Assembly: GCF_006345805.1 (NCBI RefSeq)
Contig: NC_043006.1
Coordinates: forward strand, 60,140,001 to 60,204,000
Length of the DNA stretch: 64,000 nt
Direction of reading: 5' to 3'
DNA from: Octopus sinensis
Taxonomy: Eukaryota
The notes beneath the pieces were generated by a model that was given only the letters and a program-made list of their open reading frames with translations, was not told the origin of the DNA and ran no database searches. Position 1 is the stretch's first letter. Each line of letters opens with the position of its first letter. A program made the translations under genes and the position numbers. Positions 1 through 12,067 of this stretch are shown in pieces.

Positions 1-177
1 CGTTAAAATTAAGGTAACAGTCAAGAAGTCAAGAACTGGGGCGTTGGTATGGACTAATCCACTCCCACTAAAAACTGTTGATCACGTGCCTAAATTAAGA
101 ACTATCATTTGTGTCTACTACGTTTCCTCCTGGGACCAAATTATTGGTAACACGCAGACACACACACAAATAAATAG

Positions 178-232
<55 letters not shown>

Positions 233-636
233 TGTGTGTCGGCATATTTACAATATACTATAAACAAATGACAACTGTGGGCTGGTATTACATATATAGG
301 GGAATTTTAGACGTAGCTTACCTTCAGCGGCGCCTATTCAAGAGAAAGTGAGCTTCAGGGACAAAATTAGCTTCTGGAAGGTTGAACTTAACATATGGGA
401 CCTGGGCTGACATTTTGAGACATTTTTGGGGAGAAAAAGTGTTTATATGCTACCAAATACGGTATGTACACGAGGAGTAGGTAGACAGCCGACAACTGAT
501 GAAGGGTCCTTTCTCTGTTTATTTGTCCTGTTTTCCATTTTTTCTCGTTGTTCAAGTATTTCACTCGTTTTACCCTTGTTTGTTTACGTATTTCATGTTA
601 TTTTCACTGTTGGTGACGCCCTGTAACCATATATGC

Positions 637-702
<66 letters not shown>

Positions 703-707
703 TTCTC

Positions 708-1097
708 TTTTTACTTGTTTCAGTCATTTTGACTGCGGCCATGCTGGTGCACTGCCTTTAATCGAGCACTCGACCCCCAGGACTTATTCTTTGTAAGCCC
801 AGTTCTTATTCTATCGGTCCGTTTGCCAAACCGCTAAGTGACGGGGACATAAACACACCAGCATCGGTTGTCAAGCAATGCTAGGGGGACAAACACAGGC
901 ACACAAACATACACTCACATACATATATATACATATATACGACGGGCTTCTTTCAGTTTCCGTCTACCAAATCCACTCACAAGGGTTTGGTCGGCCCGAG
1001 GCTATAGTAGAAGACACTTAACCAAGATGCCACGCAGTGGGACTGAACCCGGAACCATGTCGTTGGTAAACAAGCTACTTACCACACAGCACTCCTA
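708..1097 (-). mobile_element. tRNA-derived SINE family B (CORE-like central motif)
   Basis: Minus-strand head GGAGTG-CTGTGTGGTAAGTAG..GGTTCCGGGTTCAGTCCC; body TAGAAGACACTT..CAAATCCACTCACAAGG; tail GGCCATGCTGG. Confidence 0.88.
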
Positions 1098-1277
1098 TAT
1101 ATATATATATATATATATATGTTTATTGAAATGGATAAATGAATTATCTTGTTACGGATTATTCAAATTATAACCGATACCTGGGTAGCAAATATCACAA
1201 CAGAAAAATCACGGTTGAGGTTACGACCATGGGGTATCGCAACCGTGCCTTAGTGCGGATAATTGAAGTTTTACATA

Positions 1278-2040
1278 TTTAGTGAGGGAAGAAATGGAGC
1301 TGAACGAAGATTTTACAAAATTCCTTTTTATTATTTTCTACATATGTTTCAAAGGCTGCAAATTCCCTAATTCGGATTGAATAAGGAGACCATTTTGCAG
1401 CTTTCTCTTCAGGAAAATCCAGGAACTTAAATCTCAAAACAAATGCGCAGCAAGCTTTTCGACAAACGCTCTCTAGGAGGCCATGGTATGAATGGCACAA
1501 AACTGTCTCTCAATATGCGTTGACGTCAGGGTGGGTGAAAGCCGACGAAAAAGTCCGTTGAGATAATTCGAGGTCAAAATCCGGTTAACATTGGGGAGGG
1601 GAAGAATTACAGAAAACCAAAGAGTGTGAATATATTCTGTATAACTAGTGTTAATATTCGAATTGTTTTAAGAATGAAAGCTATCGTATTTGGGTGTGAG
1701 AAACTACCTACATGTATGTGTGTGTGTGTGCCTATGTATGTGTGGCAGTATGTTTAGGAAGCAGCTAGGGAGAAATATATTGCAGCTATTGATGGTCAAG
1801 CAGCTGATAAAAACCTGCTTGACCATCAATACCATGGGCTCCTAGAGAGCGTTTGTCGAAAAGCTTGCTGCGCATTTGTTTTGAGATTTAAGTTCCTGGA
1901 TTTTCCTGAAGAGAAAGCTGCAAAATTGTCTCCTTATTTAATCCGAATTAGGGAATTTGCAACCTTTGAAACATATGTAGAAAATAATAAAAAGGAATTT
2001 TGTAAAATCTTCGTTCAGCTCCATTTCTTCCCTCACTAAA
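1278..2040. repeat. ~210-bp inverted repeat pair of an unclassified interspersed repeat
   Basis: 1278-1487 vs 1826-2040 are reverse-complementary with few mismatches; a diverged relative lies at ~29300-29383. Confidence 0.85.
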
Positions 2041-2057
2041 TATATATATATTATATA

Positions 2058-2102
<45 letters not shown>

Positions 2103-2318
2103 ATTCAGGGTAAGCTAGTATGTACACAGACCGATCTCCACGCAAGAAGAAGACGCGAAATGTCCCTAAATTACCTCAAGATATCACTATAAAACCAAAG
2201 ACACACGTCCTCGTTCGTGCTTTTATGGTGATATTTTGGGTAAGTTTGGTGACATTTGGCGTCTTCTTCTGGCCTGCAGGTAGGTTTGTATACTTACTAG
2301 CTTGTCCTGAGTATGCAT
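2103..2318. mobile_element. Imperfect ~215-bp palindromic MITE-like element next to (TA)n
   Basis: The arms TCAGGGTAAGCTAGTATGTAC..GATATCACTATAAAA and TTTTATGGTGATAT..ACTAGCTTGTCCTGA pair imperfectly. Confidence 0.6.
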
Positions 2319-2359
2319 TTATAAATTTATTAATTTAGCCTTAACCGATTGATTGCATA

Positions 2360-2489
2360 CTAACTACCTAATACAATCAAATATAGATTTTATCCCAAAT
2401 TTTAGAATATATATATATATATTATATATATATATATATACATTCTAAAATTTGGGATAATATCTATATTTGATTGTATTAGGTAATTA

Positions 2490-2490
<1 letters not shown>
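2360..2490. repeat. Foldback palindrome with a (TA)n centre
   Basis: CTAACTACCTAATACAATCAAATATAGATTTTATCCCAAATTTTAGAAT vs the near-perfect reverse complement at 2442-2490. Confidence 0.85.
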
Positions 2491-2522
<32 letters not shown>

Positions 2523-2526
2523 AGAC

Positions 2527-2733
2527 GGCGAGCTGGGCGAAATGCTTAGCGGTATTTCGTCTGTTGTTACGTTCTGAGTTCAAATTCCGCCGAGGTCGAC
2601 TTTGCCTTTCATCCTCTCAGGGTCGATAAATAAAGTATCAGTTTCGCACTGGGTGAATGTAATCGACTTAATCCCATTGTCTGTCCTTGTTTGTCCCCTC
2701 TATGTATAGCCCCTTGTGGGTAGTAAAGAAATA
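2527..2733 (+). mobile_element. tRNA-like SINE family A (internal deletion in the head)
   Basis: GGCGAGCTGG..GAGTTCAAATTCC (B-box-like)..GTCGACTTTGCCTTTCATCC..; tail TAGCCCCTTGTGGGTAGTAAAGAAATA. Confidence 0.85.
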
Positions 2734-2838
2734 TATGAGGGGATAAGGGTGTATGAACGTAACATATGCACTATATGCTTTATTTTTCTCCAAGATAAAT
2801 AATTTTTCCATAATATGATATTTATTATTGATAATTTT

Positions 2839-3063
2839 TGTTATGTTGATGCCCCCAGACGATGAATTAGGCTAGCCCAATACGTAGATATGGAGGCAGA
2901 AGCCTAGACGTCGAGATTAGAGAGTGGAGAGAACAGTTGAGTAGCAGTGGGAGTAGGAGAGCAGAGTCGAGTTGAGTAGTGGCGGCATCCGAACGTGTGA
3001 CATAACAGTGGCGACCAGAATTTCGTAACTCACACAGCCACTGTATAATATTGCGACATAACA
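2839..3063 (+). mobile_element. LTR-retrotransposon remnant (short LTR + PBS-like site, internally deleted)
   Basis: TGTTATGT (2839) and ACATAACA (ending 3007) are inverted termini, followed by G-TGGCGACCAG (PBS-like). A second GACATAACA ends at 3063. A 5-bp direct repeat ATTTT lies at 2834-2838 and 3064-3068. Confidence 0.5.
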
Positions 3064-3539
3064 ATTTTCAACATCCTCATTGTACACGTGATATTTTTTT
3101 TGTATTTCCCTTGCCCTCATTCTTTACTATAAATCGTAAACAAGCGACATTATTTAAGAAGTCTTAGTAGAAAAAAGATCACGTTTTGCTTAGCGATAAA
3201 AAAAGTAAAGCATTGAATTAATTGATTCCCTGTTCCCTTCAAGGAAGGAGCATGAAGAGAGAGAGAGAGAGAGAGAGAAAAAGAAAGACAAAACAAAAAA
3301 ACAGAAAGGAAAGGCAGGGTAAGCAAATGAGAGAAAGGCAGTGGCAAGTAAATGAGAGAAAGGCAGAGGAAAATAGATTTTTGTTTCTGCTTGCTTTCTT
3401 ATAAGCTAGGAAAAGGTTTTATTTTCTTCGTATTCTATTATTCTCCCTGGGAAGGGTGTGAGAAAGAGAGACAAGAGAAAAGACGGAGAGAATGACAGAG
3501 AAAAGCAGAGTTTTTTTTTTACTGCTTACCTTCTCATAA

Positions 3540-3800
3540 CTATACATACATACAACCATACATACATACATACATACATACATACATACAACCATACATA
3601 CATACATACATACATACATACATACATACATACATACATACATACAACCATACAGACATACATACATACATACATACATACATACATACATACAACCATA
3701 CATACATACATACATACATACATACATACAACCATACAGACATACAGACATACATACAGACATACATACAAATAAGCAAACATACAAGCAGACAAACAAT
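3540..3800. repeat. (CATA)n microsatellite with recurrent CAACC/CAGA variants
   Basis: Read directly from the sequence. Confidence 0.95.
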
Positions 3801-4042
3801 TTGTAAGCCAATAATAGGTAGAAATGCATTTTCTCACATTAAAGTTAATTTATATAAAATTCACAGATGGGCGTAAATGTGATATCAACTAATTCTAGTG
3901 TGAGAAAATGTACTTCTTCCAACAGTTCACACTTCGAACTTGCTAGCCCTCGGTACTGGATTTGATGGTCCAGTGGAGAGGAGTATGAAAAATCCGTGGA
4001 GTGGAAATTGAAAAAAAGCCGAATGTATATATATATATATTC

Positions 4043-4212
4043 TTTTATTTGTTTCAGTCATTTGACTGTGGCCATGCTGGAGCACCACCTTTAATCGAAC
4101 AAATCGACCCCAGAACTTATTCTCTGTAAGCCTTGTACTTATTTTATCGGTCTCTTTTGCTGAACCGCTAAGTTACGGTAATGTAAACATCGGTTGTCAA
4201 GCGATGTTGCGG

Positions 4213-4253
<41 letters not shown>

Positions 4254-4402
4254 CGACGGTCTTCTTTCAGTTTCCACCTACTAAATCCACTCACAAAGCT
4301 TTGGTCGGCTCGAGGCTACAGTTGAAGACACTTGCCCAACGTTCCACGCAGTGGGACTGAACCCGGAACCATGGGGTTGGGAAGCAAGCTACTTACCACA
4401 CG
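4043..4402 (-). mobile_element. SINE family B
   Basis: Colinear with 708-1097; followed by a family A fragment (~4420-4562) and a family B tail fragment (~4590-4700). Confidence 0.88.
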
Positions 4403-4877
4403 TCGACTCTAGTGCTCAACGGGTACTCATTTTATCGACCCCAAAAGGATGAAAGGGGCAAAGTCAGCCTCGGCGGAGGTTAGGCTCAGAAGGTAAATAC
4501 GAACGAAATGGCGCTTAGCATTTTGTTCGGCATGCTAACAACTCTGCCAGCTCATCGCCTTACAATCCTAGTACTTATTCTATCGCCTTAGAAGCCTAGT
4601 ACTAATTCTATCGGTCTCTTTTGCCGAACTGCTAGCTAACGGGGATATAAACACACCAGCATCGGTTGTCAGGCGATGTTGGGGGAACAAACATAGACAC
4701 ACAAAAGTATACACACACATACACACACACATTCATACATACATACATACATACATACATACATACATACATACCTATATATATATATAATATAATATAT
4801 ATATATATACATAGATACATACATACCTATATATATATATATAATATTATATATATACATACATACATACATACATA

Positions 4878-4942
<65 letters not shown>

Positions 4943-4957
4943 GTATGTATCTGTATC

Positions 4958-5013
<56 letters not shown>

Positions 5014-5028
5014 ATATACATACATACG

Positions 5029-5061
<33 letters not shown>

Positions 5062-5085
5062 CTGTATGTATCTGTATCTATGTAT

Positions 5086-5134
<49 letters not shown>

Positions 5135-6211
5135 GCATGCATTACTACTTATTAACATTGTACCTACCTACCTACCTACCTATCTCTCTCCCCCCTCTCT
5201 CTCTGTATCTATCTAACTAGCTAACTCTCTTTTATATCTTTATCTTTTATATTTTACTTGTGTTAACCATTGGACTGCTACTATGCTGAATAAATTGATC
5301 CTAGTTTAAAAGTTTGGGTCTTATTCTGTCGTCTCTTTTTACCGAACCACGAAGTTACGTGGGTGTAAGCAAAATCAACACGAGTTGTCAAACAGCGCCC
5401 CCCCCCCCAACGCACACACATACGTACACATGTAGATATGCATGTATCATGTAAGATATTGTATTTTATGAAGGAAAACCAGCAGCACCTATCGCCCTCA
5501 CAAGCCTGCCGCCGTTGCTTGGAGACCGTACGTAAGGTAGAGTAATGGACTGATTGTCGTGCAATGTTAAGTTTCGGTCCTTTACATTCCGTTTATTTGA
5601 ACCACTCTGCCACGCATGGTCCGCATTCCTCAGGGTACAAACAAATAGAAAAAGACAAAAGTCTTATTAAGGGAAATAACTTCGTTGAGTGGCCAAGTTA
5701 TAAAAGTTACTTCCCTTGTTTATGGGAAGAGCTTCCTTTCTCCTCATTTCAATATTCTCTTTTTTTAGGTTTTTCGGATAATTTTTTCTTCAAGCTTTTG
5801 TAATGGTTAATTAATTTAGACGTTGACTTGTTAAAGAAGGAGCGAAATTAATTAGATAACATGTTATTTATATTCAGGCTGCAGGATTGATGTTCTTGTT
5901 TAACCCTAGGTCACCAAAGATTAATTATTCAGTCCTAATCATCTCCGATATCTACTTCAATGTCCCCTTCTACCTTGAAGATGTTGGCATGTGAACAGTT
6001 AGATATGGGACTGTTATTTCTAAAATGGCACACCACTTTCAAGAGACTCACTTACTGTTCTTTTGTTGTTTACTCCTGACCAGCTCTGAAACAACCGGAG
6101 AGCCGACGAAGAGTTCCCAGCCTGGATCTTCCTGTAGAGATTCCATTGCTGTTGTCGTTATTGTTATTGTTTTATCTTGACCTCAGTGGGTTTCAACTCA
6201 GAACGTAAACA

Positions 6212-6386
6212 AGTGGATGTGTGGTAAGTAGCTTGCTTACCAACCACATGGTTCCGGGTTCAGTCCCACTGCGTGGCACCTTGGGCAAGTGTCTTCTACT
6301 ATAGCCTCGGGGCAACCAAAGCCTTGTGAGTGGATTTGGTAGACGGAAACTGGAAGAAGCCCGTCGTATACATACATACATACATA

Positions 6387-6443
<57 letters not shown>

Positions 6444-6690
6444 ATGTGTGTGTGAGTGTATGTGTGTGTGTGAGTGTATATGTTTGTGTGTCTGTTTGTC
6501 CCCCAGCATCACTTGACAACCGATGCTTGTGTGTTTAGGTCACCGTAACTTAGCGGTTCGGCAAAAGAGACCGATAGAATAAGTACTACGCTTACAAAGA
6601 ATAAGCTCTGGGGTCGATTTGCTCCACTATGAAGGCAGTGCTCCAGCATGGCCGCAGTCAAATGGCTGAAACAAGTAAAAGAGTAAAAGA
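6212..6690 (+). mobile_element. SINE family B
   Basis: GTGGTAAGTAGCTTGCTTACC..ACCTTGGGCAAGTGTCTTC.. with an internal TA/TG microsatellite. Confidence 0.88.
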
Positions 6691-7849
6691 GTAACCGAAA
6701 TAATGACATTGTCCGACGCTCTAATGAGAAATACTTTGCAATATTTTTTCTGACTCATGTCCTAAGTTCAAATCCACGTCATAGTCATGTTTACTTCTCG
6801 TCCTCTCCGGCTCTATAAAATAAAGTACCAGTCAAGTATTGGTGAACGACTAACACACTTCCTATATGTTGTTGGCTTCGCGCCAAAATTTGAAACACTA
6901 TTTATTTTTTAACAATGTTATAGGAGTTTCAACTTTTACTTTGTTAATGTGAAGTGACACAGTAAGAGAATTAAGAAATTCTACCTCATTCAGAGCTGCT
7001 TGCTCATTATATGTATATGTTTATCGCCTGATTTGCTTTCCGAAAATGTCTTCATGATGGAATATCGTAGTGCTTTTCGTTTTGCTGGAACAATCTGGCG
7101 AAAATCAACGCGCAAAAATAAGCAATTTCAAACAAAATAATGCACCATTATCCATCACATCTTTCAGCATCTGATTTTTAAAAAGATAGTTGCGCCTTGT
7201 AGGTGACTAATCCCAGTCTCATCAAATGGAAATACTATACAAGTTGCGTTTAAATTTGCAGGTAGTTATGAGAAGCGAGAACCGGATACGCATTGCGACA
7301 TAATTGCAGCAATGTTGTACGGTGTTACAGTGTAATAGCAAAAGTTGTTGTTATGTACATATATGAATAATGCATTGAGTGAAAAGATTTTACCTGTACC
7401 ATTTCGTGAATCAAGGAATAATACACCATTTGCATTAATACCTATTTCTAAGGCGGTGAACTAGCCGAAACACGCCGAACTAAACGCTCAGTGGAATTTC
7501 GTCCGTCTTATGACTTGAGTTGCAAGTCTGCCGAAGTCGACTTTTGCTTTTATTGTTTCGGGGTTGACGAAATAAGTATCAACTGAGCACTGGGATTCAG
7601 GTAATCGAAACTAAACCCCTTCCCCTACGAAAAAAAAAAAAAAAAAAATCAAACTTTGTGACTATAAAGAAAGGATTAAAACCAATTTCTTTTTTTTTTT
7701 TGAGATTTCAAATGTGTTTTGCTGTTAATCATTTAGCAAAATGATATATACTTGTTTAAAATGTTGCAGTATCGGGTTCAGCCTCGTCTTCATAAACTGT
7801 GACAAATTACTTGTCGAAAGACCATAGTTGGCAGAGGGTAAACTATCTA

Positions 7850-7854
7850 ACTAT

Positions 7855-7949
<95 letters not shown>

Positions 7950-8034
7950 GCTGTCTGTCTGTGTGTGTGTCTGTCTGTCTGTGTGTCTGTGTGTCTGTTG
8001 TGTGTCTGTCTGTCTGTCTGTCTGTGTGTCTGTG

Positions 8035-8110
<76 letters not shown>
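7850..8110. repeat. Compound microsatellite (TATC)n-(TGTC/TG)n-(TATC)n, LINE-empty site
   Basis: Read directly from the sequence. Confidence 0.97.
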
Positions 8111-8114
8111 ATAC

Positions 8115-8329
8115 TGATTTCAAATTTTGGCACAAGGCCATCAATTTCGAAGGCGAGGATTAGTCAATCACATCGACCCCAGTGATTAACTGGTATTTAT
8201 TTTATTGACACCGAATTGATGAAAGGCAAAGTCGACTTGGGCGGAAATTGAGCTCAGAACGTAAAGACAGACGAAATGCCCCTAAACATTTTGCCCGGCG
8301 TGCTAACGATTCTGTCAGCTCACCGCCTT
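8115..8329 (-). mobile_element. SINE family A-related copy in the duplicated block (paralogs ~18090-18300, 22785-22998, 26435-26552)
   Basis: GATGAAAGGCAAAGTCGAC..GAACGTAAAGACAGACGAAATGCC..GCTAACG; it has a different tail (AAATTTTGGCACAAGGCC). Confidence 0.75.
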
Positions 8330-8444
8330 CTATCTATTTATAATATCAAAGTGATAGCGGCTAATTCATTTGGTATTCAAAATTTGTCACGATGTGGGAT
8401 TGTGGATGGTAAAACTGCATAAGATAGACAGATAGATAGAGAGA

Positions 8445-8519
<75 letters not shown>

Positions 8520-9170
8520 GGGGAAGGAGAATTAAACGAACGTTACTTGCACATTATTGGTGCAGACAAATTCACACGCAGATGACAATTAACTGTTTGT
8601 ATGTATACGTATGTGAGTGAATTGAGGTATGTATATATGTAACAACAGCATTAGCATTCAAATGTTTGAGAAATGAACGAGCATTTGCTTTTGTGAAAAA
8701 TATTGTTTATTCTCATGGGTAGACAACCCCATTTCCGTTGTTTCATTTTGTTGAAATTTTTGAAATATTCTATTGTGTTAAGTCTGTGTGTGTGTGTATA
8801 GCTTAATTTAATTCGTCCTTAGTAGAAAGATACCTGTTGTTATGTCCTGTTATTAATTTTATTGCATTTGTGTAATGTTCCATTTTTATCTGTCTTTGTA
8901 TTTGTATACAATCGCTGCTTTCTTCCAAGGAATCTAATGCTCTTAGCTTAGTTTTTCCTTGGGGCTGGCCAGATTGGAGCAATCTCAAGTATAATCAGCC
9001 GAAAATGTGAAGATAATCTGGTACTTGACAAAGGAAAGAAAACTTCGAATGACCCGTCCTTGTTTTCTTTGTATCGTCTATCTGGATGTTTTGTTGTCCC
9101 ATTTCTGTATCACCTAACTGTCCGGATGCTTTGCGTTCTTGTCCCATTTTGTATTATATATTATATTATA

Positions 9171-9215
<45 letters not shown>

Positions 9216-10242
9216 GTGGTGTGTGTGTTTAGCCCCTTGTGGTAGTAAAAGAAATACATATATATATACATATATAATATTAATATATATATATAATATA
9301 TATATATATTTCTCTTTACTCTTTAGTCTTTCACTTGTTTCAGTTATTTGTCTGCGGCCATGCTGCAGCACCGCCTTTAGTCGAGCAAATCGACCCGGAC
9401 TTATTCTTTGTAAGCCCAGTACTTATTGTACCGGTCTCTTTTGCCGAACCGCTAAGTATATATTATTATATATATATATATAATATATATGGATATATAT
9501 ATATAATATATTATATATATACACATATATACATATATATATATACATACTATATATATAATATACATATATGTTCTGTATGTATGGTGTATGTATATGT
9601 ATGTGTGAGTGGGTATATGTATATTGTTTTATGAATGAGTGTTGTATGTGTGTGTGAGGAAGTAGGAAAAAGTAATGTGTTGAGGTATGAGCATGTGTGC
9701 GTTATATAGTTTATTTTTTTGTTTTTTGTTTTTTTTGTTTTTGTTTTTTGCTTGTTGTTTTTTGGTTTTGTACATTTTAAATACGAGAACTTTTTTAATA
9801 GGTTTTATATCAATTGTTTACAGGGTTTATTTAGATTATTTTAGATTAATATGATTATATATGATATTTATATAGATTATATTAGATTATATATTTTTAT
9901 TTTAATTGATTTTTATTATTTTATTATTTTAAATTATATTAAATTATATTTTAAAATATTGATATTTTTAGATCGAAAATTCCACCTGAGATTGTCCGGT
10001 AGCAGACATTGAAACAATTGTTGTGGCGGTTTATTTAATTTATATTAAAATGTTATGTATTGATTAAGGTCTTTTCTTGTTTGGTTTTAAAATAGTGGTT
10101 TTGTCTCGAATTATATTATATAAATTTTACTATAAAATTGGATTTACCCTAAATCTGATTTTTCCCTGTAATTTTGGATTCATTCCTAATTTTTATATAT
10201 ATATATATATTATATATATATATTATATATATATATATATAC

Positions 10243-10285
<43 letters not shown>

Positions 10286-10446
10286 CACAATTATATATAA
10301 ATACATACATACACACATATATATATATACATATACATATAATATAATATAGATATTATATATATATATATTATATATATATATATTATATATATATATA
10401 GGTATATATATATATACATACTATATATATATATATATGTAAATAG

Positions 10447-10963
10447 TAATGGTCTGATCACTAGTATCCGGACTCTTTTGCCATTGTAACGAAGATAAGG
10501 TGTGTGTAGTGTGCACGAAGTTTAACGTTTTAGGCTCACTTCCTCTGTTTACACCAGTGGTTTGAATTAACGTGTTTGTAACGTGTGATCGTCGCATTGA
10601 CAACGACAAAGAAAGTTGTTCTGACGATACCTGCACCGAGGCCAACGCAAATTTGCAGAGAAGTGAATGGAAAGGAGTGTATGAGTCGCACATAAGTGTA
10701 GGAGTAGATTCAAGGCGTTTCGAAGACGGGCCCGAAAAAATGTCGATATTGATTACGTTCTGGGAGACCCGCAACCAGCAAGCTGAGGAAAACATCGCAG
10801 ACGTGCGTGCAAATGTGAGGGGGAAATCGAATCCCATCCGCGAGTGATCAGGGATGTGCAGATTAGTAACGTCTCAGTTCAGTCCATTATCACTGAAGGA
10901 TTTGGGCATGAGACGCGTGTCTGCCAAAGTTTGGGCCAAAACTGCTTTCAGCTGACCAAAAAA
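10447..10963 (+). mobile_element. Mariner (Tc1/mariner) 5' fragment: left TIR and decayed N-terminal transposase
   Basis: TA-ATGGTCTGATCA..AGTATCCGGACT resembles mariner TIRs. The decayed translation RRFEDG..EENIADVRANVR..ISNVSVQSIITEDLGMRRVSAK..PKLLSADQK resembles the mariner HTH/linker region. Confidence 0.75.
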
Positions 10964-11669
10964 GATGCACCATTATCCATCCACATCTTTCAGCATCTAA
11001 TTTAGTGTTTTAAAAAGATAGTTGCCCCTTGTAGGTGACTAATCCCAGTCTCATCAAATGGAAATACTATGCAAGTTGCTTTAAATTTGCAGGTAGTTAT
11101 GAGAAGCGAGAACCGGATACGCATTGCGACATTAATTGCAGCAATGGTTGTACAGTGTTACAGTGAATAGCAAAGTTGTTGTTATGTCATATATGAATAA
11201 TGCATTGAGTGAAAAGATTTTACCTGTACCCATTTCGTGAATCAAGGAATAATACACCATTTGCATTAATACTATTTCTAAGGCGGTGAACTAGCCGAAA
11301 CACGCCGAACTAAACGCTCAGTGGAATTTCGTCCGTCTTATGACTTGAGTTGCAAGTCCGCCGAAGTCGACTTTTGCTTTTATTGTTTCGGAGTTGACGA
11401 AATAAGTATCAACTGAGCACTGGGATTCAGGTAATCGAGACTAAAATACTTCCCCTACAAAAAAAAAAAAAAAAATCAAACTTTGTGACTATAAAGAAAG
11501 GATTAAAAACAACTTCTTCTTTTTTTTTGAGATTTCAAATGTGTTTTGCTGTTAATCATTTAGCAAAATGATATATACTTATTTAAAATGTCGCAGTATC
11601 GGTTTCAGCATCGTCTTCATAAACTGTGACAAATTACTTGTCGTAAGACCATAGTTGGCAGAGGGTAAA

Positions 11670-11717
<48 letters not shown>

Positions 11718-12067
11718 TATCTATCTATCTCTATCTATCTATCTATCTATCATATGCATATCTATCTATCCTATCTATCTATCTATTCTATCTATCTATC
11801 TATCTATCTATCTATCATCTATCTATCTATATCATCTATCTATCTCTCTGGACAGACAGACGCAAGTCAAATGGGCTCCACGTAAGTTGGTATTTTGGTA
11901 CGTTCAAAAGTGTATATTGACAAATATTTTGTGTTTAAAAGTTGTGCAACAAAACATCACTGCAAACCTTTGATAAATATCTACACAAAATTTTGCCCCT
12001 TGTGGGCAAAATTGAAAAGAAAAAATTCTCAAGCCTTCGTGGTTCCATTTAGCCATTTTAATTCAAA

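Larger units (their letters stand above)
7140..8562. repeat. Segmental duplication copy 1 (LINE-empty allele of the TATC site; no mariner fragment)
   Basis: From TGCACCATTATCCATCACATC to TATTGGTGCA; colinear with 10965-11846 plus 17906-18508, and with copies 3 and 4. Confidence 0.9.

Noticed and set aside
310-430. Possible minus-strand exon ending at a GAAG|GTAAG donor near 321
   Set aside because: All three frames hit stops nearby and no product is recognisable; the donor motif alone is insufficient.
496-560. CTGATGA at 496 as a hammerhead core
   Set aside because: No stem II or GAAA partner downstream.
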